Source: the human T2T-CHM13v2.0 reference genome, Homo sapiens. From it: 64,000 nt of DNA. Location of the stretch: the NCBI RefSeq assembly GCF_009914755.1, contig NC_060929.1; one strand, written 5' to 3'. The position numbers and the translations under genes are program-made. The notes under the pieces are model-generated. The model searched no databases, had not been told where the DNA came from, and saw only the letters and a list, made by a program, of their open reading frames with translations. Shown piece by piece: positions 32,512-46,760 of the stretch; positions within the stretch are counted from its first letter, which is position 1; the number at the start of each line of letters is the position of its first letter.

Positions 32512-32831
32512 TTGACTGATTGTATCTAACATATCATCTTTGATCTCACTTTTATTTTTGACTGTAGTTTTAAAGCCAGGGTTTTAGATGGGTTCAGAAA
32601 CTCTTATTCCTTAAATAAAAGAATGCCTCTTCAATTATTTTATATATGTTAAATTATTCCTAGTTCCCATGTGCTTCTTTTATGATACTACACGAGTACA
32701 GCTGTAGACATAAGAAAAACATTCAGTTTTTTTTATTTGTAGACAGCTATGAAGCTAAGGAAGAATTTTTAGGAATTATCTCTGATCATGATCAGGTAGT
32801 GAATAAGAAAGATAGGTTTAAATATTTTCCT

Positions 32832-32936
32832 AGTTGCTCAAAAGGTTTTAATCAAAGGGAAAAATTACTGGGAGAGTTGTGTTTTCAACCACTTCGTATT
32901 GTCTGGTTTATTTTCAAAGTTCAGTTTTCCTTGTAC

Positions 32937-32978
<42 letters not shown>

Positions 32979-33019
32979 ATCTATCTATCTATCATCTATC
33001 CATCTATCGTCTATCTATC

Positions 33020-33057
<38 letters not shown>

Positions 33058-33137
33058 GTATCTACTTTTAAAGCTATACCACTGGTTCTTCAGGCATAGC
33101 TTTAAAAGGTACTATTTGAAATGTATTTGTGAAAGTA
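32832..33137 (+). repeat. Local duplication copy B with compound (TATC)n STR (~32937-33063), no Alu
   Basis: Same flanks as copy A, with a longer interrupted TATC array. Confidence 0.92.
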
Positions 33138-33805
33138 AGCTGACTTAGTCAACACAACACAACACAAGAAAATTCCATTGCTCCAATACTACCAATTCTT
33201 GCCTGAACTTATAAGTCTACACAGCAGAGAACTGTTTTTATGGCCTTTAGTATATCATTGGAAAATATCATTGCACAATTTTAATGCTCAACACTTTGTA
33301 AACAACATTTTTAATTATCTCATATTATTTATGATAGATGGCTGAAAATATCATAAATTCATGTGAATATTTCCAAACCGCCTCATGTTATTTCAAAATT
33401 CAATAGCCCTGAATACTTGGTTAAGTTTAAAAAAATAATTCTGTATAAACTTTCCACTCCTTATTACTGTAAATTACTCTTGATGATAGTAAAAGTAATT
33501 CTTACATTTTAATGAAAGAATGAGGTTTTCAGTACAATTTTAGAGAGGTTTATGCCAAACAATTATTATTATCCAGTGGCTGAGAGACAACTTATCTTCT
33601 ATTATTTAGGTAAGAAAATATGTATGTATACTAGAGAGGTTATATTTATCAAGAAGGTAATTTGTAGAAATCAACATCACTAAGAGCCAGGAATGGACTT
33701 GGGACATTTATTCATATAATTAGTGTCAACAAGATTCAGAATGAAAAAGGATGTGAGCTCTAGGAGCATATGATTTTGTGTTTACTGCAAACAAAAAAGA
33801 AGAAC

Positions 33806-34170
33806 AAAGAATGAGTTCATGTCCTTTGCAGGGACATGGATGAAGCTGGACACCATCATCCTCAGCAAACTAACACAGGAGCAGAAAAGCAAATACCACA
33901 TGTTCTCACTCATAAGTGGGAGATTAACAATAAGAACACATGGGCACAGGGAGGGGAACATCACACACTGGGGCCTGTTGGGGGTTGGGGGGCAAGGGGA
34001 GGGAGAGCATTAGGACAAATACCTAATGCATGCGGGACTTAAAACCTAGATGATGGATTGAGAGGTGCAGCAAACCACCATGGCACATGTATACCTATGT
34101 AACAAACCTACACGTTCAGCACATGTATCCCAGAACTTCAAGTAAAATAAATAAATTAATTAAATAAAAA
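33806..34170 (+). mobile_element. 5'-truncated L1PA 3' end
   Basis: ORF2 C-terminus MSFAGTWMKL…, 3'UTR and A-rich tail. Confidence 0.92.
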
Positions 34171-37100
34171 CAATGAGAGAAAGGCAAGGAACTGTATTGA
34201 CTAAGCAATTCAGTAAGCTGGCAAAGGAAGATATTTAAATGATTTCTGACATTACTAAGTCACAGCACTATGTGGTGATGCTTCAGCAAGTCAACACAGT
34301 ATACAAGATTGGAACTCAATTCACCACAGGTCCCTCAGGTTACTGAGGGTTTTGTATAGAAAGCCCTGCAGGTTCTTTTTTTGAGACATATTTTTAATGA
34401 TGTTTATATAGCAAACAACATTGAAAAATTAAGACTGTATCTTTTTCCAAAGCAAAGGGCCACATGCTTCTACCCAGTAAAATAGAGAAAATGTCACGCT
34501 CCGAAACAAAGGAGAAGAGTTGCCAGAGCTCCTCTCCTATCATGTAACCCACTACATGTACTGGAATCCATTAGGCCTATCTATCTGCTTTGCCCCTATG
34601 TTACTTGAAGGCAATGGGAACTGAGTCCATTCTGTTAAGCACATTGTGCTATAGTAAAAAAAATTCCTTTCTCTGACCCAAACATCTCATGTCTTCTTTC
34701 AGCATTCATGAAATTGTGGAAGACAAATAGTTCTTGACATTGACATAAAACAACAAAATGCAACAGCACTCTTTAATAATGAGTATAAGTATGTACTAAA
34801 GGTCTCCTCTAAGGTGGTTACACTGATATATGTTATGTAGGAAATTTTCTTATGAAATTTCTGTGGGAAATTCCACAGGTAGAAATAATATGCTTCCTTA
34901 ATAGTAATTTCATATATTATACAGTGTATTGATTAAATGTCAGGGGCAATAAATTAGGTCTTGCCTCGTGAACAATGAAACATATATAGTTAGTACCTTC
35001 TGTAACAGTGGTTTTACTTTTTTCAGAGTCAGGAAAGAGGAATGTTTCTCTCATATATGAGCTACGTTTAAATTTTACCAAAAGAATTCATTCGTATTCA
35101 AATATAGGTTTGAATGGTATAACCATGGCATATAGTCATGAATTCAAAGTTGTCAGAAGATGAGAATATTAAATTTGAAATCCTTATCATTCTGCTCACT
35201 CTTGTGCACTCTATTTTTCTGTGTTATCTGTGGCCTTTCTCAGGATTCTTCTGAAACCATCCCACTGGGGTTCATTTCTTATCACCTGGTATAATATACA
35301 AATTGTAGAATTTCAACAATATTAGCCCACAGAGAGTACTGTCTTCCAAGAAATCCAACTAATATTCTAGAGAAAAGATTTCTGACACATGCATGCACAT
35401 ATAAACACAGACACACATACACTTATTAATTGTACTGTGTGGTTGGTGAAAAATGCACTTAAGATATTTCTGGTGCCAATATAACTTGTACTATGTGACA
35501 CTCTACATTCTTAGTCATATGGATTGACATGTGCATAAGTGCTTTCACGTGGCTAATGATTATGAGATCTAGAATTAGAATCAAAGCTTATCCTCACTTT
35601 AAAGTAACTATAGTCAGGCAGACATCCATAAATAAGAAAGAGATGTGGTTAAAAGAAAAGGAAGGATTGAAAGATAAGTAGGCATAGGTTAGAACAGCAG
35701 GAGGAGAGAAGAAAGAAGGAAGAAAAAAGAAAATAAACACAGTGCTCAAATCTTAGTGTTCTTCGTTACTTTTGAAATACTGGTTTTAGGTATTCATATA
35801 TTGATTTAAAGATAGTTGAACTTCATTCAAGGTCCCGCCAATTCAATTAAAGTAAACACATTGAACCTTTATGGCACAGCTATTATGAAATAACTAGCAT
35901 ATTATGAAACAGCTAGATGCAATAAATAAATTGTAAAGGAGAGAGAACTAGCATACAATGGACATGGACTATTTGCCAGGAACATTAGTATATTGTGTCA
36001 TTTCTTTGCTCAAATTCAATTTTTAAGCCATTTTCCTCTTAAATGTATTGCTGTCTAATCATATTCAAAAATGACTATTTCAAAGATAGCCTCATGTACT
36101 GAGAGGCTAAAAATTCAGGGATATGTTTAAGAATCAAGCTATGCACTTAGACAATAGGCTTACCTAAAAACGCTTTTAAAAAGATCTGGAATTGTTCCTT
36201 CCACTGTTTTGCCACAGAAAAAGCAGAGAGCTAAAGATGATTTGTTGAGCAGCAAGGTCAACCTATTTGGCAGCAGAATGGATCAGAAACAAAGCTTTGA
36301 TTTAGGACACTTGAATACACTGCAAAGGTTCTCAGATATGTAAGTGATGCAGGAGTCAAGAGGAGTTTGCATGAGGTTCGAAATAATCAAGCAGTATCAA
36401 GGTGGCTTTTTCTTTGCATTTTTAAAATAAGAGTGTTCCCATTTCTATCAACTCAGAAGGAGACTAACACATTAGACAGAACTTGAGACATACTTCTATG
36501 AAGACTGAGTTGGTATTATGAGCCTTGAATCACAAATGAACAGGAATCACTCTGATATTGAAAGCTCACACTTTCAAAGTAAACTGCATGATGAAAACTC
36601 CATTATGAGTTTCTCAAAAAGCTACACAACTCAATAACCAAATAAAGGAATGAACAATTGAACATATAAATACATGTTGAGCCATGAAAACTATATTTTA
36701 AATATGTTAGTATATTTTGGTGATACAATTTGCATTTTTGTTGGATCCAAATGGTCATCCTAAAATTAAGTATGAATTGAGAAGAAATTCCAAATACACA
36801 AATGATTTCTGCAATGAAAGTGTAACTATCGTGCTACTTCTATTTTTGTCTTTCTTATTTTTTTCTAATACAAAACAACATTATACATATAATTTTAAAA
36901 AACTGAAATTTTATTGCCACTGCCTTGACCTCATATATGTATTTATAAAAGCATATGTTCTTATTGGTAGGTCTTTCTGGACATTAGTGTTTGTAGTTTC
37001 ATCCTGGTTTCTCCTGGATTTTTCATTTGTAAGCACCCTTCTCTCTTCCATCACACAGACCCTATAAATACACAATAATGAATCAATTTGATCATCTATC

Positions 37101-37649
37101 CCTTTTTATCCTTTCCTTGGGTTTCTTGCTGGTGAGAAAAATTGCACATTGCTGATTGGTTCTACCCCTTTAATATCTTTTAAAACATTACTTCCTTTGA
37201 GTCTTAATAGTAAACCAGTACTTCTTTCTTTTAACAGACTAACTGATTACCTTCTCTTTTACATCTTACTGGGCCTAGTATTCCTGTTAGAGTTAATTTT
37301 ATGTGTCAGTTTTGCTGGTCCAGGGTACTAGATATTTGGTCAAATATTAATCTAGATGATTCTGTGAAGGTGTTTTTTTTTAATGAGATTAACATTTAAA
37401 TTGGCGGACTTTGAGTAAAACAGATTAGATGGGCTTCATTCAATTAGTTGGAAACCCTAATAAAACAGACATACTTCTTCCAAGCAAGAAGGTATTCTGC
37501 CAGCGTACTGCCTTTGGGGTTTGGAACTCTCTCTGAGTTTCCAGCCTGATGGCTTACACTGCAGATCGGACATGCTCCTTCACGATTACATGAGTCAGTT
37601 TCTTAAAATCTCTCTCATATATCAGAAACTGACTCATGCAATTATGGAG

Positions 37650-37651
<2 letters not shown>

Positions 37652-37698
<47 letters not shown>

Positions 37699-37700
37699 CA
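37652..37700. repeat. (CA)n microsatellite
   Basis: About 24 CA units with one interruption. Confidence 0.95.
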
Positions 37701-37980
37701 GTTGACCATTGAGCAACACAAGTTTGAAGTTCAGGGGTCCACTTATATGTGGAAATGTTCAATAAATACAGTCATCCTTCTGTATTGGTGGGTGATACAT
37801 CTGCAACCAAATGTGGATCAGAAATATACTGTTCATGGTACGTGAAACACACATATCTGGAAGATTGACTTTTTGTACCTGTAGGTTCCACAGGGCCCAC
37901 TGCATGACTTGCGAATGCATGGATTGTGGTATCTCTGGGGATACTAGAACCAATTCCCTGTGGATACTGAGGGAGGACTA
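37699..37980. mobile_element. MER2B-like Tigger-family MITE
   Basis: CAGTTGACCATTGAGCAACAC…TAGAACCAATTCCCTGTGGATACTGAGGGAGGACT termini. Confidence 0.75.
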
Positions 37981-39814
37981 TGTATCTATGTCTCTTTAGA
38001 TATGGATAAATACACACATATTCTGTTTTTCTGGAGTATTTTGACTAATGTAAATTTGGTAGCAAGAGTGGTTCTAGAGGAACAGAATCTTAAGAATAAG
38101 TTTTCTTTACTGGTTTTGGGATTTCTGGAAGTGGCTCTTTAATATGACTAGCTTTAAATACACTATTGACTCTCTTTCCAGTAGTAAAGACAGCACCAAT
38201 AGTCCTTGGTGTGACGGGGCAACAGAGATATGTAGAATATCACTACTGGATTCTCCTAACCAAAGTCTTGCAAGAGCGAAGCATCTGAAGCTCATAACAT
38301 AATATTTTTGAACATTTTTGTCAAACTAATGATGATAAATAATCATTTAATGTATAAAATGGGCTGGCTGCCTCTAACATTACTGAAAAAAGTGAAGAAA
38401 CAAAAGGATGAGCTCAGGGATTTGAATTCCCAGCTCAAGTACCACGTAAGTCACCTGTCAGTTTCTCTGTCTGCCCTGAAAAAGACCCTTATGTCTTGTA
38501 TTGACAGACGTGAGATTGTTGGGAAAAAACCCTAGACTTTCATCTTGTGAGTGGCTGAAATACAAGAAAAATTGAGTTCCTAGCCTATGTGTCTGCTGTT
38601 AAAGTGAGCAAAGTAATTGTAAAGAAATGGCACTTGGAAAGCTGGAATGAGCATGTTTGGGAAGACCTTGATGAAGCTGGAGACACTAAGCTCATAATTT
38701 CTGATAAGTCTTCTTAACTCCATCTTGGGAGATTAACCCTGCATTGCCCAGGGAAACTATAATGGCCTCGCCTGATGCTGTTACCTTGCAAGACTGCTGA
38801 GTCTTCCCAGGACCCACCTCACTGCTCTCTTTGATTCTAGTTGTGTAACTAGACCCAAGTCTTTGCATGGCCCTGAAGTTGAGGTGCAAGTGTGACCCAT
38901 GAGGTGATGCATTAAATACCAAAAGAACTACTTGAGTTTTCTAATTTACCCAGACAGAAATCTGGGGAGTACATGTGGGAATAGATATATAGGGTATGAA
39001 ATAATGGCAGAAGAAACACAAAGTTAGATTGGCGGAATTTATTGGTAGGGCTCAATAAGCAGAGACTCTGCATTTAATATTGCAGCACGGGGAGTGAGAA
39101 ATAACTTGTGTTTTGTTTGTTTGGCTGAAACATGGAGCCAAAGTTTGCCCACAGTAAATGAATGTGAAATGTCACAACTTTGGTCACTAACAATGGAAGA
39201 CAAAACTCAAAGGCCTAGGGACATTGGTAACGCTAGAATGGGTTTCTTATTTAATATCTATTTATCCACACTGGGAGGGTCTAGAGGACACACCTTTCAC
39301 CACCACAGACAGAAATCAGTTAGTGAGGAGAGCCCCAGCATCCCAGTGATCACTCAGCTCTCTAGGTCAGAACTTACAGTAGGAATTGTTGCTGCTGAAT
39401 TGGGAAATGTAAATGCAATAGGAATCACTGGATCCTGGGTGACAGGGGCCTTGTTGTAGCGATCAATGGCCAAAGTAAGGTTGGCATGTTTACCAATAAA
39501 CCATAGTCAAAAGAGCAATCAGAATGCTATGACTTGTGGAGACTTCTGGTATTGGCTAGGGGGTCATCCTGTTCCTAGGAATGAAATAGGTAGGAAGCCT
39601 ATTAAATTATTATTTGATCTGTACAAACAGAAAGGTTCTAGGTCAGGTACACAAAGTCTAACCTGAATCATAAAAACAGAGAGTCCTTGCCCCTCAATCA
39701 GTTTCCAGACTTGCACCAGTTTATAGACCCAAAATCCCTTGAATGAAGGTAAGGCTGAGATCTCTTGGGGAAGGATTCCAATATGCTTATAAAATTTATA
39801 CTATTAATGTTTCT

Positions 39815-39999
39815 AATTTTTTTAAATTTTTTATTTCCATAGGTTTTTGGGGGAACAGGTGGTAGTTGGTGATATGAGTAAGTTCTTTAGCGGTGATTTG
39901 TGAGATTTTGGTGCACTCATTACCCCAGCACTATACACTGAACCCAATTTTTAGTCTTTTATTCCTTACCCCCTTCCCATCTTTTCCTCTATCCCCAAA
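39815..39999 (-). mobile_element. L1PB-type 3' end fragment nested in the ERV-L
   Basis: CATAGGTTTTTGGGGGAACAGGTGG…ATGAGTAAGTTCTTTAGCGGTGATTTGTGAGATTTTGGTGCAC. Confidence 0.8.
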
Positions 40000-41239
40000 G
40001 GGACCTATCACTTTTTATCAGGGTGACTGTACTTTGGGGAAAAGAAAATATTCAGACCTTTGGGGGACTACTGGACATTAGCTCTGAACTAACATAAATT
40101 CTGAGACCCAAATTGTCACTGGGCCTGCCAGTTAGCATAAAGACTTGTGGAGGTCAGCGGACCAATGAAGTTCAGCTTGGGTCCATCTCAGTGGAGCCAG
40201 TGGCTCCTCAACCCATTCTGTGATTACTTCCAAAGTTCTAGAATGTAATTTGTATACTCAGCAGCTGGAAGATTCCCCACACTGGTTCCCTGACGTGGAA
40301 GTGAGGACTGTAATTGAGGGAAAGTCCAAGGGGATACCACTAGAACTCCCTCTAGACAGAACAATAATAAAGCCAAGCAACATGACATTCTTGGAGAAAC
40401 TGCTGAGATTAGTGCCATCACCAAAGATGAAATATGCAGGGTGTTGATTCCCAACTCATCCTTATTCTACTCTCCTATTTGGTCTGTAACTAACACAGAT
40501 GGATCTTGGGCATGACAGTGGATTATCATAAGCTTAGTCAGGTGGTGACTCCAACTGCAACTGTTTTGCCAGATGTGGCTTCATTGCTTGAGAGAATCAG
40601 CACATCCCCTGGTACCTGGTATGAAGCTTTTGATAATAGCACATAAATTTTCTCCATTAATGTTGGTAAAGACCACCATTAGCAGTTTGCTTCTGGCTGG
40701 CAAGATCAGCAATACAACTTCATTGCTCTACCTCAGGGGTATATTAACTCTTTAGTCCTATGCCATAATTCATTTCACAGGGATCTTGATTACCTTTTCT
40801 TTTACAAGACATCACACAGGTCCATTACATGGAAACATGCTGCTTGGATCTATTGAGCAGGAAGCAGCAACTACTCTATATGTACTTGGTAAAACATTTA
40901 TTTACAAAGGGTATGGGATATAAATCTGACAAAAATGTATTGCCATCTACCTCGTTGAAATTTGTGGGAGCCTAGTACTACCGGACATATTGAGATATCC
41001 CCGAAAAGGTGAAGCATAAGTTGTTGCATGTGGTCCCTCCTACAACCTCAGAAAAGAGACACAACACTTAGTAGATCCTTTGGGATTTTGGAGGTAAAGT
41101 AATTTGCATTTAGGTACATTACTCTGGCCCATTGACTGAGTGATGTGAAATGCTGCTAGTTTTGAGTGGGGGACAGAATGAAAAGAAGGCTCTGAGATAG
41201 ATGCAGTCTGCTACGTAGACTGTTCTGCTGTTTAGGCTA

Positions 41240-41722
<483 letters not shown>

Positions 41723-43178
41723 TCATGGCACACCAACTTCCTATGTGATCTGAGCTGCTTATCATGAACCATGTGCTACTTGACCCAGCAAGCCATAAAG
41801 TTAGGTGAGCACAGCACTACCCCATCATCAAATGAAAGTGGCATATACAAGATGAGGCCTCAGCAGGCCCTTGATGCACAAGTAACTGACATGAAGAAGA
41901 GACCCAAATGCCCCCATTCCTGCCACACTCTCTTCTCTTTCCAAGCCTGTACCTATGGCCTCATCACGTGCTCCCTATCAGCTGAGAGAGAAAGAGAAGC
42001 CTTGAGCCTGTTTCACAGGTGGTTCTTCATGATAAGCAAGCACCATCTGAAATTGACAGCTGCAGTATTATAGGCTCTCTGGGACATTCCTGAAAGACAG
42101 CAGTGACTGCAAACCCTCTCAGTGGACAGAACTTTTAGCAGTGCACCTGGTTTTTCATTTTGCATAGAATTAGAAATGGGCAGACATGACATTATATATC
42201 AATTCATGGGCTGTGGCCAAGGAGTTGGCTGAATGGTCAGGGACTTGGAAGGGACATGATTGGAACATTAATGACAAAGAGTTCTGGGGAAGAGATAAGG
42301 TATAGGGATGGAGCCCTCAGAATGTGCCAAAAAATGTGAAGATATTTGTGTCCTATGGGAATGTTTACAAAAAGGTAACATCAGCAGAGGAAGATATTAA
42401 TAATCAAGTGGATAGGACAACCCATTCTGTGGATACCTGTCAGCCTCTTCCAGCAGCCACTCCTGTCATCATTCAACGTGCTCATAAATAAAGGGGCCAT
42501 GTTGGCATGAGACCAACAACACACAGACTTCCACTCACCAAAGCTGACCTGGCTATAGCCACTGCTGAAGACCTAACATTTCAGCAGTAGAGACCAACAG
42601 TAAATCCCCAATATGGCACCATTCCCCAAGGAAATTAACCAGCAACCTGGTGACAGGTTGATTACACTTGATCACTTTCATCATGGAAGGAGCAGCATTT
42701 TGTTCTTACTGGAACAAACACTCTGGATGCAGATTTTCCTTCCAAGCATATAATGCTTCTGCCAAACTACCATCTGTGACCTATAGAATGCCTTATCTAC
42801 CATCCTGATCTTCCACACAGCACTGCTTCTGATCATGACACTCACTTCACAGCAAATCAAGTACAGTAATGAACCCATGCTCATGGAATTCATTGGTTTT
42901 GCCATGTTTCCCACCAGTCCAAAGCAGCTAGCTTGAAGGGAGGGTGAAATAGCCTTGTGAAGCCTCAGTTACAGTGCTAGATAGGTGCCAATCCCTTGCA
43001 GGGCTGGGGCAAGGGGGTCTCTAGGAGACTAAAAATGCTCTGAATCAGCATCCAATATATGGCACTATTTCTTCCACAGCCAGGAATAAATCTCAAGCCA
43101 GAAGTGACTGGTCTGCAATTATGAGGTAGAAATGAGTGTGATACCACTATTACTCCTGGTGACATATTAGCAAAAATT

Positions 43179-43487
43179 TTGCTTCTTGACCCTATGGTGT
43201 TATGCTATGCAGGTCTAGAGGTCTTAGTTCCAGAAGGAGGCATGTTTCCACCAGGACACAAAACAATAGTTCCATTTAACTGGAAGTTGAGACTGCCACC
43301 CAGCCTCTCTGAGTTCCTCATTCCCCTAAATCAACAGGTAAGGAAGGAAATTACTGTGCTGTCTGGGGTGATTCATCTTGAGTGCCAATGGGAAATTGGA
43401 TTGACACCCCACAATGGATGCAAGGAAGAGTGTGTCTGTAATATTGGAGATTCCTTAGGGCACCCCTTATATTACCTTGCCCTGTGA
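43179..43487 (+). pseudogene. ERV-L dUTPase remnant
   Basis: AGLEVLVPEGGMFPPGHKTIVPFNWKLRLPP…VLSGVIH…EIGL resembles the ERV-L dUTPase. The GVID motif is degenerate (GVIH). Confidence 0.75.
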
Positions 43488-44042
43488 TTAAAGTCAATGG
43501 AAAACTACAACAAACCAATCTAGGCAGAACTAGTAACGGTCTAGATCAGACCCTTCAGAAATTAAGGTTTTGTCTCCCCACAAGGTAAAGAGCCACTACC
43601 AGCTGAGTTGCTTGCTGACAGCAAAGGTAATACAAAATCAGTAATGGAAAAAGGCAGTTATAAATACAAGCTATGATACATGACCAGTGATGGAAATGAG
43701 GGCTATAATCATTACAAGTACTTCTTCCTTATTTTATTTTAAATATGATATATTTAATATCTTTTTTCTTCCCTCTCCTATCCCCTTATCATGGAACACA
43801 AAATGTATTGACTTGATATCATGGTATTTAAAAATCGTTAATTTTACACCAAGTTGCGGGACATCAAGATGAGTAAACCCAAGGACTTTACATTCTTTTC
43901 TGAGAAAAAAGGTTTGTGTATTTTCATTGCATGCAAGACAGTTATATTCTGCTAGAAGTATGACCTTGTTATTATCTCTATTTGGTGATTAAACATGGTT
44001 TAAGGGGAAGTGGACGGGTGCCAAGTTGACAAAGGGTGGACT

Positions 44043-44925
44043 TACAATGGTGTGATATTTGATCAATCATGATCATGGGTGTTTCTGTGTTCTTTGGATA
44101 AGACTAATATTTAAATTTGTGAACTTTGAGTAAAATAGATTAGCCTCTATTATGTGGGTGGGACACACCTAATCAGCTGAAGATCTTAACAAAACAAAGA
44201 CTGATGTCACTTGAGCAAGAAGGAGTTCTTCCAGCAGACTGCCTTCAGGCTCAGAATGGCACTCTTCCCCAGGTCATCCGATTAGAGGCCCCACTGCAGA
44301 TTTTGAACTTGTACCTACACAACTGCATGAACCAATTTCTTAAAAATAATTTTTTGTTCCATATGAATTTTAGCACAGATTTTTTCACATTCTGTGAAGA
44401 ATGTCAATGGTAGTTTGATGAGAATAGAATTGAATTTTTAAATTACACTGGGCAGCCATAAAAAGAAACAAGATCATGTCCTTTGCAGGGACGTGGAAGG
44501 ACGTGGATGCCTTTATCCTCAGCAAACTAACACATGAACAGACAACCAAACGCTACATGTTCTCATTTATAATAGGGAGCTGAACAATGAGAATACATGG
44601 ACAAGGGAGGGGAGCAACACACACTGCAGCCTGTCAGGGGTGGATGGGGAGGGAGAGCATCAGGATAAATAGCTAATGCATGCAGGCCTTAATACCTAGG
44701 TGATGGATTGATAGGTGCAGCAAACCACCATGGCACATGTTTACCTATGTTAACAAACATGCAGGTCCTGCACATGTATCCTGGCATTTAAAATTAAATT
44801 AAATTTAAAAATAATAATAAAATTGTTTGCATAAAATTAAAAATAAATAAATAATATTTTCTTTTTTTCTATTTATATACATGTCTTGTTTGTTCTGTTT
44901 CTCTGGAGAATCCTAACTAGAATAA
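44043..44925 (+). mobile_element. MLT2 3' LTR (split by an L1 at 44351-44830)
   Basis: Homologous to the 5' LTR (ACTTTGAGTAAAATAGATT; GAGCAAGAAGGAGTTCTTCCAGC). Resumes after the L1 with GTTCTGTTTCTCTGGAGAATCCTAACT. Confidence 0.8.
44351..44830 (+). mobile_element. Short older L1PA with a 5' inverted ORF2 piece (44351-44455 minus; 44452-44830 plus)
   Basis: The reverse complement of 44351-44455 matches the L1 ORF2 region seen at ~2365-2470. The plus part is an L1 3' end with A-tail. GCAG is shared at the junction. Confidence 0.85.
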
Positions 44926-45039
44926 TATCTGTAGGATTAAACTGAGAATATCAACAGGGCATTCCTCAGTCTCCTTCATTTATGCTTTTGAAATATCATC
45001 TCTGAGCTGTACACATCTCTTTTTTCTTTCTTTATGCTT

Positions 45040-46170
45040 TAGACAAAACCATTAAAACTATTTTGACAAAAGTCACCTCTGGATCACTAGTTACCAAAAC
45101 CAATGGAACATTTTAAGTCATTACTTAATTTGGCCTGTGGAGTTCAACATTTGTTGTCATTCCTTATTCTTAAAACTTTTTCCTGGTTTATCTTCCATGA
45201 CACTAATGCTTGCCTTTTGCCTCTTACTAATTAGATCTATCTAATTTTTTTCATCTGCTTTGAAATGAAAAATCAGGGTTCTCTTAAATTATCTGTAATT
45301 TTCCCTAGAGTATATTAACCACTTATGGTTTTAACTACCATCTGTATTCCAATTACTCTCTTTGAACACTAGATTAATGTATGTAAATATCTATGATATA
45401 CTTCACCTGTGTACTTGTAAGTAACTAAGGGCATAGGATGTTCAACACCAATTATTTCATTTCTTACTTGAGTCCCAAATCTACAAGGGATACTAATAAA
45501 ACAGAAGTCAGAAATCTGTGTCATTTTTTATTCTTCCCTTTCTTTGATTCTCTGTATGCAATTACCCACTAATTTCTGCAGATTTTGCCTTCACAATATT
45601 TCTCTAATTTGTCTCATCCTTTACATTGCCATGATCAATGAATCTTGAAATTTTTCATTATCTCTTCACCTTTCAAATATTCTACTCTAATTTCCCATTT
45701 CCTTCATTGTACTTCCTACACAAGCCTATTGTAACTTTCTCCTGCAGATGCTCTCCCTATCTCTACACCTTTTTCCCCGTCTTCAATGCATCTTTTAATT
45801 GGCTGTCTGATCGGTCATTCTAGAATTGCAATTCCATTAATATTAATCCTCAAACGAGGCATTTTATGGGTCTTTATACTTTTAAGAATGCTACTCATCT
45901 GGGTATGAGAATTGAACCTTTCCATACTTTCTGTATTTATTCACTCTAAGTAGTTGGCTTTACACTCTGACCATCTGACTTTACTGAAATATGGCTACCT
46001 AGGCTCACCTTGAAGTTTCAAGCCTCAGGGCTTACAAAAACTTTTCCCCATACTACCACTTCTAGAAAAATTAAATCATCCTTCAAGACTCATCTCAGGT
46101 ACTTCCTCATTTGTGATGATTTTCTTGAATTCTTCCATCTTTTGGACGGAGTCATAGACATTTCCCAACA
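45040..46170 (+). mobile_element. Ancient L2 fragments
   Basis: Pyrimidine-rich L2-like motifs (CCTCTGGATCACTAGTTACCAAAACCAATGG; CATCCTTCAAGACTCATCTCAGG). Confidence 0.55.
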
Positions 46171-46187
46171 GTGTTTCTATTATAGCA

Positions 46188-46191
<4 letters not shown>

Positions 46192-46230
<39 letters not shown>

Positions 46231-46454
46231 AGGCTTTTATTATTATTATTATACTTTAAGTTATAGGGTACATGTGTACAATGTGCAGGTTTGTTACATA
46301 TGTATACATGTGCCATGTTGGTGTGCTGCACCCATTAACTCGTCATTTACATTAGGTATATCTCCTAATGCTATCCCTCCCCCCTCTCCCCACCCCAGTG
46401 TGTGATGTTCCCCTTTCTGTGTCCAAGTGTTCTCATTGTTCAATTCCCACCTAT
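46192..46454 (-). mobile_element. Very short L1PA 3' end with a (TG)~18 microsatellite inside its tail
   Basis: Reverse L1 3'UTR at 46234-46454. TSD TATTATA(G/A)CACTTT at 46178-46191 and 46455-46468 encloses the TG run. Confidence 0.88.
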
Positions 46455-46539
46455 TATTATAACACTTTAGTTTAATAGAGTATTGAAATGATTGTTAGCA
46501 CTTAAGAGCCTGGCAGGATAATAAACCATGATATTTTCT

Positions 46540-46760
46540 GGTGCAATGGAGCTAGACCACCTGGTTGACATGTTAGCTTAAGCATCCACTGGGTGTTGAG
46601 ATATGTGGAAGTCATTTAACTTTTCTGTGCCTCAGTTTTCTGATATGTAAAATAGCAATAATAAGAAGATCAGTCATAGTGTTCTTTTGCAGATATGTAA
46701 GTATATGTCTGTAAAGCAATTAAAATTGTGCCCAAAGGAAGCACTCAATAAAGTTTAACT
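46540..46760 (+). mobile_element. MIR
   Basis: AAGTCATTTAACTTTTCTGTGCCTCAGTTTTCTGATATGTAAAATAG core. Confidence 0.75.

Larger units (their letters stand above)
37284..38052 (+). mobile_element. MLT2 5' LTR of an ERV-L provirus (interrupted by a CA repeat and a MER2-type element)
   Basis: GTTAATTTTATGTGTCA…GAGATTAACATTTAAATTGG…GACTTTGAGTAAA, ending TTCTGTTTTTCTGGAG…GACTAAT. Confidence 0.85.
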
